From contig JBEKDT010000012.1 of the NCBI GenBank assembly GCA_050014195.1, forward strand, positions 1 to 64,000: a stretch of DNA of 64,000 bases. Reading direction: 5' to 3'. Position 1 is the stretch's first letter. Each line of letters opens with the position of its first letter. The notes below the pieces were generated by a model. It was not told the origin of the DNA, made no database searches, and saw only the letters and a list, made by a program, of their open reading frames with translations. Made by a program: the position numbers and the translations under genes. Source of the DNA: Desulfomonilia bacterium. GTDB lineage: Bacteria; Desulfobacterota; Desulfomonilia; UBA1062. Below, piece after piece: positions 9,013 to 18,595 of this stretch.

Positions 9013-9861
9013 TTATCCGATTTGAAAAAATTCGTAGGCAGTCTCGATTTCTGATTGTATCTCACCGAACCAAACTGGGGCACTGTCGATAAGATTCAAG
9101 ATGCTCTTGGCATGTTCAGAGGTGGCTGCAATCAAAGGAGGCGTGTCTGATCCATTCATTCTCCTGTTCACGATGTTGTCGCTTGCGTGTACCAAGGAGA
9201 TCAGATTACTGCGTACTACATCCTTCCTGGGTTCATGGTGGAAGGTGATGGTATTGATGAGACACTCCGGCAGGTGCCATTTGTTCGCAAGATACCCGCC
9301 GATCTTTGCATGGTCCAATGGGATGAGAGATCGCTCCGCCTCATAAAAGCTCATGCCGGTCTTGTATAATGCCATGACCTGCTTGAACTCATTATTGAAA
9401 TAGCATGACAGGATCACTTTGCCCATGTCATGGAGAAGCCCTCCCACAAAGCAGGTTTCGGGGATCTCCAGGGGAATGCGTATGGAAAGTTGCCTGCAGG
9501 TTACCGCCACGGCAATGGAATGCCTCCAGAAATCGGTGATCGAGAAATCGTCAGAGCCGTTAGTCTTTGAAAGTGTCTGTGTAACCGATACCGAGAGGAT
9601 GGCATTTCTCAGTGTTTCAAAGCCAAGCACCATGATCGCACGGGAGAGGCTGTCGATCTTTGAAGGAAACCCATAGAATGATGAATTCACGAGCCTGAGG
9701 ATATTTGTGACTATGGCCTGGTCCTTCATGATCGTATCACCCAATATTCTCACTGAGATGTTCTGATCCTGAAGTAACTCATTTACCTTGAGTGCCACCT
9801 GGGGAAGGGTCGGCAGGTTCGGTATACGGTCAAACCGTTTTTTCATGGCAGCACTATCCAT
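9013..9861 (-). CDS. HDOD domain protein
   Basis: LPTLP, LVNSSFYG, FWRHS, GLLHDMGK, WHLP. Confidence 0.92.
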   Translation of the reverse strand: MDSAAMKKRFDRIPNLPTLPQVALKVNELLQDQNISVRILGDTIMKDQAIVTNILRLVNSSFYGFPSKIDSLSRAIMVLGFETLRNAILSVSVTQTLSKTNGSDDFSITDFWRHSIAVAVTCRQLSIRIPLEIPETCFVGGLLHDMGKVILSCYFNNEFKQVMALYKTGMSFYEAERSLIPLDHAKIGGYLANKWHLPECLINTITFHHEPRKDVVRSNLISLVHASDNIVNRRMNGSDTPPLIAATSEHAKSILNLIDSAPVWFGEIQSEIETAYEFFQIG

Positions 9862-9878
9862 TCATCGCTATCCTTCCT

Positions 9879-11162
9879 TTACTTCCTTATCGGGAGTCTC
9901 ACCTCGAAAGTAGCCCCGTTTATTCCCTTCACATCTATCGTCCCTCCGTGAGAGACAATGATGTCGTATGCCGTGGTAAGCCCCAAACCCATGCCCCGTC
10001 CGACCTCTTTGGTGGTGAAGAACGGCTCAAAGATCCTGTTGATGTTCGCATCCGGGATTCCCGGACCATTGTCGGAAATCCGTACGATGATCTCATTATT
10101 ATCCGTGTGCACAGTTGTAATGGTGACTTCAAGGCCCTCCGAGCGTGACTGGAGGGCGTTCAGGATGATGTTGAGGAAGCCCTGGGATATGAGGCCCGGA
10201 CTACATGTGAATTTGGGGAGCGGATTGAGCTTTTTTACAATATGGGCGCCTTGAGGAATCTCATGGCTCAGGAGGTCGATGATCATGTCCAGTTCCTCAT
10301 TGATGTCGATCATGCCTGTAGCACTTTCATCGATATGGGAAATCCCCCGCAGGTTGGATACGATGTGCTTGACCCGCTCCGCTCCGTCAATGCACTCGTT
10401 GATGAGATCATCGGCATCTGAAAATACCACATCCATCTTGAGGCGTTTCCATTGCTCCTTCAATACGTTCCCGAATTCAGGAAGAACCTTACCACTATCC
10501 GCTGCAGAGAGGCATAGCTTCAGAAGATCCTTGCTGCGCGCCATATACGTTTTCAGTGTGTTCAGGTTGCTCATGACAAATCCCATGGGGTTGTTGATCT
10601 CATGTGCGACACCGGCAGCCAATTGGCCGATGGAGGCCATCTTTTCCTGTTGCAGAAGACGCGTATGGAGTTGCTTGAGCTCCTCTGTCCGTTCCTTCAC
10701 TTTCTCCTCGAGATGCTCGGAGAGTTCGCGGTATTTCTTTTCCGAGGCAGAGAGTTGTTTATTGATTTCAAGGAGTTCCTCATTGGATTGATTTAACACC
10801 AATAAATGAACCTCCGAGGTGAGCATCCTTTTGAGGTTTGTTTGCATGAGCAAGTTCAGGGCATTGTATGTCATCCTGGAGAGGTGATCTACCTGACCAT
10901 CCCCCTTGATGGCCAGATACCCTACGATCTCTCCCTCGAGCGAGAGCGGATATCTTGCAATATGGCCACCCTCAATGTCCGGCCCTGAGGCCCATAGGAC
11001 ATTCCCTCCGGGGTCTGTCACCATGGCCGCGGACGCCCCGGCAAGGAGGGTATCTTGCAAAAGCGGCATTACCTCATCATCCCTGATGATCTCTTCAAGT
11101 TTCCTCTCAGAACCCACGACGAATTCGAGATTATCAATGCTGTCTTTGCCACCCATATTCAT
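9879..11162 (-). CDS. Sensor histidine kinase (NtrB-like)
   Basis: AHEINNP H-box, [18 protein letters not shown]. Confidence 0.92.
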   Translation of the reverse strand: MNMGGKDSIDNLEFVVGSERKLEEIIRDDEVMPLLQDTLLAGASAAMVTDPGGNVLWASGPDIEGGHIARYPLSLEGEIVGYLAIKGDGQVDHLSRMTYNALNLLMQTNLKRMLTSEVHLLVLNQSNEELLEINKQLSASEKKYRELSEHLEEKVKERTEELKQLHTRLLQQEKMASIGQLAAGVAHEINNPMGFVMSNLNTLKTYMARSKDLLKLCLSAADSGKVLPEFGNVLKEQWKRLKMDVVFSDADDLINECIDGAERVKHIVSNLRGISHIDESATGMIDINEELDMIIDLLSHEIPQGAHIVKKLNPLPKFTCSPGLISQGFLNIILNALQSRSEGLEVTITTVHTDNNEIIVRISDNGPGIPDANINRIFEPFFTTKEVGRGMGLGLTTAYDIIVSHGGTIDVKGINGATFEVRLPIRK

Positions 11163-11548
11163 ACAACCTCTCTATCAAGGTTTTTCTCCAGGTTCTCAAA
11201 ACTCCCGGCATTATTTGTGGCTTCGGAAAGCTGGGAGTCCGCAATGAAGGCTACCCTGTCGGCCCGTTGGAGAACCGCCTTGCGTGTGGCATCATGTTTC
11301 ACCTGTCCGGGAACGGTATACACCTTGAGCTTAATCTTCAGACCGCTCGGCGCAATAATAAAGAAGGGCAGCAGGTCGAAGAAGATGGTGCAGTCATCCT
11401 TAGTATCGAGGACTATGAGGTCCCCCCTGCCTTCTTTGTTAAGCAGATTATGGAGTTTGAGGAGATTCGTAGTCTTCCCTGAAAGGGACGGTCCATAATA
11501 AACCAGCATCAGTACCATTTTGTTGTCGATCTCATCGTGTTTTATCAT
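11159..11548 (-). pseudogene. mglA: MglA-like small GTPase, C-terminally truncated (no G4/G5)
   Basis: YYGPSLSGKTTN, TIFFD, YTVPGQ, FIADS; stops at 129 aa with no NKxD. Confidence 0.65.
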
Positions 11549-11583
11549 AGCGCTCCCAACGAATCCGGCCAAGAATCAGGCTA

Positions 11584-11616
11584 CCTTGCCCCTTGTGGGA
11601 GAGGGAAAGGGAGGGG
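11584..11616. repeat. G/C-run REP-like intergenic element
   Basis: CCTTGCCCCTTGTGGGAGAGGGAAAGGGAGGGG imperfect palindrome with G tail. Confidence 0.3.
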
Positions 11617-11627
11617 ATGAAATCTAT

Positions 11628-12944
11628 TCAGTGTGTCCATACGAACACCCCCCTGGGCGGAGGATCGATCTGGTAATAACGCTCGATGGCCTCGATACTG
11701 GTGCTGTCGAGACTCACTCCCTTGATCAGGAGCAGAAGGCCTGTCCCGCTCTTCACATCCCTGGAGAGTACCATACCTTCCTTCAGATCACCTGGTCTAA
11801 GCTCGCGCTCGGAAATCTCATTGCTTCGCAATAAACTGGTATAGAGATCCGTTACAGGTTTCCTCAGGTGAGGGAATATGCTGGGGTCGTATCTCTTTTC
11901 GAGTTCTTCCTGAACAGCCAGGAATGTGAGATCAATGGCATTCTCTGTGAATTTTTTCCCTATGGTCCTGTCGACAAAGTCAACCATCGCTATGATCCTG
12001 GCGCCCATGGGTATGGCGGCCCCTTTGAGCTTATCAGGAAAACCTGTCCCGTCATAGGATTCATGGTGATGACGGATCAGGATTCCGGCTTCCCTCAAAT
12101 CCTCGATGCCGTCGATGGCTGTCTGTCCCCTGACAGGATGGAGGCAATATTCCTTGAAACCCTCCGGAGAAAGCTCCTCGGGATCCTTGTTGATCAGTGA
12201 GTCTGCAAGCCCTATCTTACCGATATCATGAAGTAAAGCAGCCACGAATATCGTATCCGCCTCATTCCGGGAGAGCTCCATTGTAAGGGCGATCTTAGAT
12301 GAGATCTCAGCTACCTTTCTGGAATGACTTTTTACATTTTTATCGCGGAGTTCAATGAGTCCGGACAGTGAACTGATGATACCCTTGAAGTTGCCCCTTT
12401 CCCGCTCTGTAAGCTTCTTGAGCGTATCATTCTGTCGTGATAGTTCCATGGTATGTTCCTGTACCATGATCTCGAGCTCCTGGCTCCACTGCTTGAGCTC
12501 TTCATTTTTTTGCTGGATGATAGCGGACAGCTGCCTGTTTTTCTGAACGAGGACATATCGCTGGCATGCCTCGCGGACACTCATGATGAGCTCTTCATCC
12601 TTCCAAGGCTTGGTGAGATATTTCGATGCACCGCCGCGATTGATCGCGTCGATGGCTGCAGTGATATCGCTATAACCGGTGAGAAGTATCCGAATGGACG
12701 ATGGACTGATATTTTTAGCCTGTTCGAGGAAGTCCACACCCATAAGACCCGGCATCCGCTGATCCGATATAATGAGGCCTATGTCTTCATTATTCTTGAT
12801 CATGTCAAGAGCCTTATCACCTGAATTAGCAGCCAGGATCTCTATACCTTCGTTCATGAGGAGGCGTTTTAATGAACGGAGGATATTCTCCTCATCATCG
12901 ACAAGGAGCACTTTTATTGGGATTTCCTGATTGATATCATTCAT
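11628..12944 (-). CDS. Response regulator with HD-GYP phosphodiesterase (GFP variant)
   Basis: REC (VDD, SDQRMP, KPW); HDIGK, HHESYDGTGFP. Confidence 0.9.
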   Translation of the reverse strand: MNDINQEIPIKVLLVDDEENILRSLKRLLMNEGIEILAANSGDKALDMIKNNEDIGLIISDQRMPGLMGVDFLEQAKNISPSSIRILLTGYSDITAAIDAINRGGASKYLTKPWKDEELIMSVREACQRYVLVQKNRQLSAIIQQKNEELKQWSQELEIMVQEHTMELSRQNDTLKKLTERERGNFKGIISSLSGLIELRDKNVKSHSRKVAEISSKIALTMELSRNEADTIFVAALLHDIGKIGLADSLINKDPEELSPEGFKEYCLHPVRGQTAIDGIEDLREAGILIRHHHESYDGTGFPDKLKGAAIPMGARIIAMVDFVDRTIGKKFTENAIDLTFLAVQEELEKRYDPSIFPHLRKPVTDLYTSLLRSNEISERELRPGDLKEGMVLSRDVKSGTGLLLLIKGVSLDSTSIEAIERYYQIDPPPRGVFVWTH

Positions 12945-12945
12945 G

Positions 12946-13977
12946 TTAAATCCTCTTTTCCTCCTGAGGTTCCATCAATTTAAGAAATATGTCGAGAAGC
13001 TCAGGATCCAGGGCGGTACCCCTCATGGAACTCATGATATCAAATGCCTTTTGGAAGCTGAATGCTTCTCTATATGGCCTGTTTGAGGTTAGTGCATCAA
13101 AGATATCCGCAATAGACACAATCCGTGCCTCGATAGGGATGTCTTTCCCTTTCTTCCCTGTGGGGTAGCCGGTGCCGTCAAACCTTTCATGGTGATAAAG
13201 AATGATATTTACTATGGTGTCTGATCTGCAGGAAAACCTTGCCACATCTGCTCCCCAGGCAGGGTGTTTTTTGATGATTTCCATTTCCTCTTCTTCCAGG
13301 CTGCCCGGCTTATTTAATATGGCCTCCGGTACGCCGATTTTTCCGCAGTCATGAAGCCAGCTTCCGTATTTTATATTGGTCTTTATCCCCTGTGGAAGAT
13401 CCAGGGCTTCAGCCACAAGCAGGGCATGCCTTGCTACCCGATCACAATGGCCGCGTGTGTAGGGGTCCTTGAGCTCGATGGTCTGGGCCAAGGAGAGGAG
13501 ATTTCCTTCATCCCCCTTTCTCATGGTTTGGGTGATATGGTGTCTTCGCATACCCTCCTCAACAACATTGATGAGGTGTTCGTTCTCCCACGGCTTGGTG
13601 ATGAATTTAAAAACCTCTCCGGCATTAATGGCATTGATGGCGGTAGGAAGATCTGCATAAGCGGTCATGAGGATCTTCACGGTATCAGGAGATAATTCCT
13701 TTGCCAGAGTGAGAAGCTCAATTCCGGTCATATCAGGCATGCAGTTGTCCGAGACGAGTACTGCTATATCTTCCTCATTGAGCATGGCAAGTGCATCCCG
13801 GGGTTTGTCCGTGAGGAATACTTTGATATCAGTGCTGGAAAAAATCCGCTTGATGGCAGAAAGTATATGCTGGTCATCATCGACAAAGAGCACGGTATTC
13901 GGATTATTCTGTAGTACAAGGGAAGAGAGATCGTTCACTGTCGCACCTCCTGTTCTCGGATCATTATTCCTCATCAA
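12946..13977 (-). CDS. Response regulator with HD-GYP c-di-GMP phosphodiesterase
   Basis: REC; KDPYTRGH, HDCGK, HHERFDGTGYP, RPYR. Confidence 0.92.
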   Translation of the reverse strand: MMRNNDPRTGGATVNDLSSLVLQNNPNTVLFVDDDQHILSAIKRIFSSTDIKVFLTDKPRDALAMLNEEDIAVLVSDNCMPDMTGIELLTLAKELSPDTVKILMTAYADLPTAINAINAGEVFKFITKPWENEHLINVVEEGMRRHHITQTMRKGDEGNLLSLAQTIELKDPYTRGHCDRVARHALLVAEALDLPQGIKTNIKYGSWLHDCGKIGVPEAILNKPGSLEEEEMEIIKKHPAWGADVARFSCRSDTIVNIILYHHERFDGTGYPTGKKGKDIPIEARIVSIADIFDALTSNRPYREAFSFQKAFDIMSSMRGTALDPELLDIFLKLMEPQEEKRI

Positions 13978-14770
13978 AGACGAGCACTATGCCCTGCTGG
14001 GTTTCTTTATGATTCATGACCATGCCTTTGGTTCTCATTGTTCGTCCTGAAAAGATTATTTTCTCTGTCAGGTGACCTTCCGCGATGACACGATCGATGA
14101 ATATATTGATCTCAGGTGAAAAGGCCGTGAGCCTCTCTGCACCCAAGATCGTTTCACCAAAAAGTGAAGCGCCCATCTTGTTGTACAGGGCGATCATACC
14201 ATCCGGTGTGAGGCCCACAACAGCCACTGGGAGCGCGTCAAAGATGTTCTGAGAGCTTATCAGGGCCTGATTCCGGAACAGGAGCTCCTGGGTCCTCTCA
14301 TCGACCATCCTCTCCAGATTCTCGTTGATGATCCGCAGTTCCTCGTTCGTGTCCTTAAGCTTATTGGTGAGCTCGATATTCTTCCTGCGAAGAAAGTATC
14401 GCTCAACGGCGTTTGCGATGGTGATTTTCAGCTCGTCATCATTCCATGGTTTCGGGATGAACTTGTAGATTTGCCCTTCATTGATGGCGGAGACGATGCT
14501 AGCCGTGTCCGCATAACCGGAGAGTACGATTCGTATGGTATGCGGCCACCTCCTGCACACCTCTTGAAGAAACTCCACCCCGTTTATACCCGGCATCCTA
14601 TAATCAGATACCACTACTTGTATGGGCTGAGTACTTGAGAGCAGATCGAGTCCTTCTCCACTTGATGAGGCTGTAAGGATTTCATATTCGGTATCCATGA
14701 AAAGGCGTTTCAATGTCTTCAATATAGAGATCTCGTCATCCACGCAGAGTATTCGGACCTGTTCGTCCAT
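13964..14770 (-). CDS. Response regulator (REC, coiled coil, PAS-like)
   Basis: CVDDE, SDYRMP, KPW. Confidence 0.88.
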   Translation of the reverse strand: MDEQVRILCVDDEISILKTLKRLFMDTEYEILTASSSGEGLDLLSSTQPIQVVVSDYRMPGINGVEFLQEVCRRWPHTIRIVLSGYADTASIVSAINEGQIYKFIPKPWNDDELKITIANAVERYFLRRKNIELTNKLKDTNEELRIINENLERMVDERTQELLFRNQALISSQNIFDALPVAVVGLTPDGMIALYNKMGASLFGETILGAERLTAFSPEINIFIDRVIAEGHLTEKIIFSGRTMRTKGMVMNHKETQQGIVLVFDEE

Positions 14771-14772
14771 GC

Positions 14773-17700
14773 CTATTTCTCCTCCACGATAGGGATGCGG
14801 ACGGTGAATGTAGACCCTTTGCCTACCTCACTTCGTACCGTGATCTCCCCGCCATGCTTCTTGATAATGTCATAGGTGATGCTCAAGCCCAGGCCGGTCC
14901 CTTCTCCCACCTTCTTGGTTGTAAAGAATGGTTCGAAGATGCGGGTTAAGATTGTTGGTTCTATACCCCGGCCGGTATCGGAGACCGAGATGAAGATGGA
15001 GTCGCCCTCTCTCAATGTTTTAATCGTGATCGTCCCTTGTTTTTCAATGGCATGGGCGGCATTGACGAGCAGGTTCATGAAGACCTGGTTGAGCTGTTGG
15101 GGAAAGCACTTGGTGAATGGGATCTCCCCATATTCCTTCTGTACCGTTGCCTTGTATTTCAGCTCATTCCAAACGATATTGATGGTGCTCTCAATACATT
15201 CATTGATATCTGCGTGTTTGTATTCGGCCTGGTCCACACGCGAGAAGCTCTTCAGGTCTTGGACGATCTTCTTGACCCGCTCTGCGCCTTCTAAAGACTC
15301 CTTGATCAGATCTTTGATATCTTCGGTGATAAAATCGATCTTGAGGGCTTTACGCTTCTCTTTGAGTTCGGCCAATGCCGCCTTATCATTGATCTGATCG
15401 ATGAGTTGTTCTACGGAGGCCGTGTACTCGGATCGCTTATCAAGATACTTGCCGAGGGTGCCTAAGTTGCTTGAGATGAAGCCAATGGGATTGTTGATTT
15501 CATGGGCGACACCCGCAGCGAGCTGACCGATGGAGGCCATCTTTTCCTGCTGGAGGAGATGTGTGTGGGTGGTCTGGAGCTCAATATAGGCCTTCTCCAG
15601 ATCCTCCCTGGTTTTCTTCAACTCAGAAGTCTCTCTTCTAACCGTATCCTCGAGCCGTTTTCTCTCAGTGATGTCACGTATTATGGAGGTAAAGAAGCTT
15701 TTGCCTTCCGAGTTCCAGGAAGAAAAAGAGAGCTCTATGGGAAATTCGCTGCCGTCCTTTCTCAAACCCACTATTTCAGCCATCCTTCCGATTGGTGTAG
15801 TATTCACAATTTCCATCTTGTTCGTGGGTTTTATGATCTTCTTCATCTCGATATCGTAAAACACCCGGAACCTCTCCGGGATTATCATGGTGAAGACTTT
15901 GTCAAGGGCCTCCTGTGACGTATACCCGAACATCCTTTCCGCCCTGATGTTCCAAAAGATGATCCTGCCGCTGCTGTCGCTCGTGATGATCGCATCGTTG
16001 GCGGTCTGGGCGAAAGACCGAAACCGTTTCTCACTCTGCCTGAGCGCCTCTTCCGTGTTTTTGCGTTTCGTGATGTCCCGTATGACGCCGACGATATACT
16101 TGTTGCCGGATTTGTCAGTGAAAAGGGTCTTCTTGGTTAAAACGGTTAAGACTTGACCATGTGCATCATTGATGAACTCCTCTTTTGTGGTCTCCCGGCC
16201 TGTTTCGAATACCTCGTCATCGAATTTCCAGAAAACATCCACCTGCTCCTTCGGAAAAAAGTCATGGTCAGTCTTTCCGATTATTTCATCTCGTGGTCTG
16301 CCGATCAAATCTGCAAAGGCCTTGTTGACCAATACATACCGGTGCTGCTGATCATTGACAAAGACAGGGTCTCCTATGCAGTTGATGATGGTATTCAGGT
16401 ACTCCCTTGATTCCCTGAGGGCCTGTTCTGCCTCGATCCGTTCCGTGACATCCCTCCCAACCCCTCGGAATCCGATAGGCTCCCCTGATGAACCTCGCAT
16501 AAGCGAGATAGACATCTCGGTTATTCTCTTGGTCCCATCCTTTCTGATAAGCTCATGATCGAACATGGTATTCGGTTTGCCGGTGCGATAAATCTCGTTG
16601 AAAATCTGATAAGACCTCTTGGCGGTCTCAGGTGATGTATATACCTTGTAGTTCATACCCATGAGTTCTCGGCGTGAATAACCATGATCTTTGCACAGGG
16701 ACTCGTTGAAAAAGGTGTAGTTGCCCCTTAGGTCCAATTCGAAATATGTCTCATCCATGTTCTCCAGGATGGTTCGGTACTTCTCCTCGCTCTTGCGCAG
16801 ATCTTCTTCAGCACGTTTCCTCTCTGATATGTCTCGAGCAATACCGCGGAAACCTAGCGGTATGCCGGACGAATCCCGGATGAGGGATATCGATAGCTCA
16901 TGGGAGACTCGTGAGCCGTCCTTTGTTTTGACCTTACATTCCAGTCTCTTGGAAGGCCCCCCGGTCTTGAATACCTCATGGAACGCCTGAAACAAAATTT
17001 TTGCGTTGTCCACATCGGTATAGTCCCGGTAGTTTTTCCCCAGTAACTCATCCGGAGTGTATCCGTAAGCCCGAGGAACCCAGTAATTGAAGAAAGTCAT
17101 GTTCCCTGCAAGATCAACCTCATAGTAGCCGTCCTCAATGCTGTTGAGGATGGTACGATACCTTTCCTCGCTGGCCTTGATGGCATTTTCAATCTGCTTT
17201 CTCTCTGATATGTCTCGTACAATGCCGCGGAAGCCTACTGGGCTGCCGGACGCATCCCGGATGAGGGTTACCGATGACTCAAGGGAGACCCGTGAGCCGT
17301 CCTTCCTGATGAGCTCCCATTGAAATCCCTTGGAAGGTTGCCCTGTCGTGAATACATCACGGTACTCTTTGAACAAATTTTTAGCATTCTCAGCATCGGT
17401 GTATTCCCGGTAGTTTTTTCCCATGACCTCTTCTGGTGAATATCCGGAGATCATGGGCAGCCTGTAGTTAAAGAGGGTCATATTCCCGGCGAGGTCAAGT
17501 TCATAGTAACCGTCCTCGATGCTGTTGAGAATGGTCCTGTACTTTTCTTCATTTTTCCTAAGAGCTTCTTCAGCGAGCTTTTGAGGGGTGATATCCGATA
17601 CCACACCCGTGAAACCAACCACTCTGTTCCTATCATACAGGGGTCTGCTCGATGTCCTCAGATAGAGGATGTTTCCATTCCGATCGATGAACCGAAACTC

Positions 17701-18366
17701 CGAGGGCTCATTGTTTCCTGACAAGGTGAGTTCAAATATTTTCAGGACGAAGGGCAGGTCATCGGGATGAACGAATGTAGTGAAGGGCTTCCCAAGGCAT
17801 TCTTCCACCTTGTATCCGCCTATCTGCTCGACGGCAGGGTTGATATAAATGATAGTACCTTCCAAATTCACGGTGAATATGATGTCGTTAATGTTCTCGA
17901 CCATTTGACGATAGCTATTGCCCAATTGGGTAAGAGCCTGCTCAGTCTTTTCCTGTTTGATGATTTCTTCCGCAGTACAGAAGAAGCCAATAGGTTTTCC
18001 TTCATCGTTTTTCAGGAGGGTCGTTGTTATCCAGGTAGTGAGGACTGTCCCATCTTTCCGGACGTCGATGATCTCCCGGCGGTATGAGCCGATTTCCAGC
18101 ACGCTATCTTGAAAGGGGAACACCTCGTTTCCCTTCTGATCTCCGGCGAAAAACATGCTCGGGCTTCTCCCGATGAGCTCCAGCGGATTCTCGTATCCAT
18201 GCATACTGGCCCAGGCGTGATTACAGAACAGGATAGCGCCTTCGAGATCCACGATGATGATCCCTTGGATCGACTGTTCCACAGCGGTGCTCAGCATGGA
18301 TCGGAATTGTTCGGGGGCAATAATCTCCATAATTCTGGGAGACTTGTCTTCTTTCAAAACACTCAT
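14773..18366 (-). CDS. Cytoplasmic histidine kinase with about 7 PAS domains
   Basis: Repeated PAS/PAC (RKDG...DITERK), AHEINNP, HATPase. Confidence 0.92.
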   Translation of the reverse strand: MSVLKEDKSPRIMEIIAPEQFRSMLSTAVEQSIQGIIIVDLEGAILFCNHAWASMHGYENPLELIGRSPSMFFAGDQKGNEVFPFQDSVLEIGSYRREIIDVRKDGTVLTTWITTTLLKNDEGKPIGFFCTAEEIIKQEKTEQALTQLGNSYRQMVENINDIIFTVNLEGTIIYINPAVEQIGGYKVEECLGKPFTTFVHPDDLPFVLKIFELTLSGNNEPSEFRFIDRNGNILYLRTSSRPLYDRNRVVGFTGVVSDITPQKLAEEALRKNEEKYRTILNSIEDGYYELDLAGNMTLFNYRLPMISGYSPEEVMGKNYREYTDAENAKNLFKEYRDVFTTGQPSKGFQWELIRKDGSRVSLESSVTLIRDASGSPVGFRGIVRDISERKQIENAIKASEERYRTILNSIEDGYYEVDLAGNMTFFNYWVPRAYGYTPDELLGKNYRDYTDVDNAKILFQAFHEVFKTGGPSKRLECKVKTKDGSRVSHELSISLIRDSSGIPLGFRGIARDISERKRAEEDLRKSEEKYRTILENMDETYFELDLRGNYTFFNESLCKDHGYSRRELMGMNYKVYTSPETAKRSYQIFNEIYRTGKPNTMFDHELIRKDGTKRITEMSISLMRGSSGEPIGFRGVGRDVTERIEAEQALRESREYLNTIINCIGDPVFVNDQQHRYVLVNKAFADLIGRPRDEIIGKTDHDFFPKEQVDVFWKFDDEVFETGRETTKEEFINDAHGQVLTVLTKKTLFTDKSGNKYIVGVIRDITKRKNTEEALRQSEKRFRSFAQTANDAIITSDSSGRIIFWNIRAERMFGYTSQEALDKVFTMIIPERFRVFYDIEMKKIIKPTNKMEIVNTTPIGRMAEIVGLRKDGSEFPIELSFSSWNSEGKSFFTSIIRDITERKRLEDTVRRETSELKKTREDLEKAYIELQTTHTHLLQQEKMASIGQLAAGVAHEINNPIGFISSNLGTLGKYLDKRSEYTASVEQLIDQINDKAALAELKEKRKALKIDFITEDIKDLIKESLEGAERVKKIVQDLKSFSRVDQAEYKHADINECIESTINIVWNELKYKATVQKEYGEIPFTKCFPQQLNQVFMNLLVNAAHAIEKQGTITIKTLREGDSIFISVSDTGRGIEPTILTRIFEPFFTTKKVGEGTGLGLSITYDIIKKHGGEITVRSEVGKGSTFTVRIPIVEEK
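16430..17570 (-). repeat. Three tandem PAS modules with 381-nt period (boundaries approximate)
   Basis: YRTILNSIEDGYYE twice and YRTILENMDETYFE; equivalent positions at 17521, 17140, 16759. Confidence 0.8.
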
Positions 18367-18595
18367 TCTCCACCCTGTTCTTTTATGAATTATTGGTGCC
18401 TACAACGTATCGGAAAATTGCTATGATTTGAGAAGATAAATTCGATGCATTTTTGTTCATTGAACGAGTTGCCGGATATAACGATTGAAGTCTTATTAAA
18501 ACCTTTGGAATGTCGGGCTATCTTTACATGATATTTTCAAGTCTGATGTAACAAATCCATTTTCTTATCCTGAAGAACAGGCCATAAGGACTTTG

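Noticed and set aside
11159-11161. TGA ending the MglA-like ORF as possible Sec
   Set aside because: Readthrough gives non-MglA sequence and the TGA is part of an ATGA coupling to the kinase.
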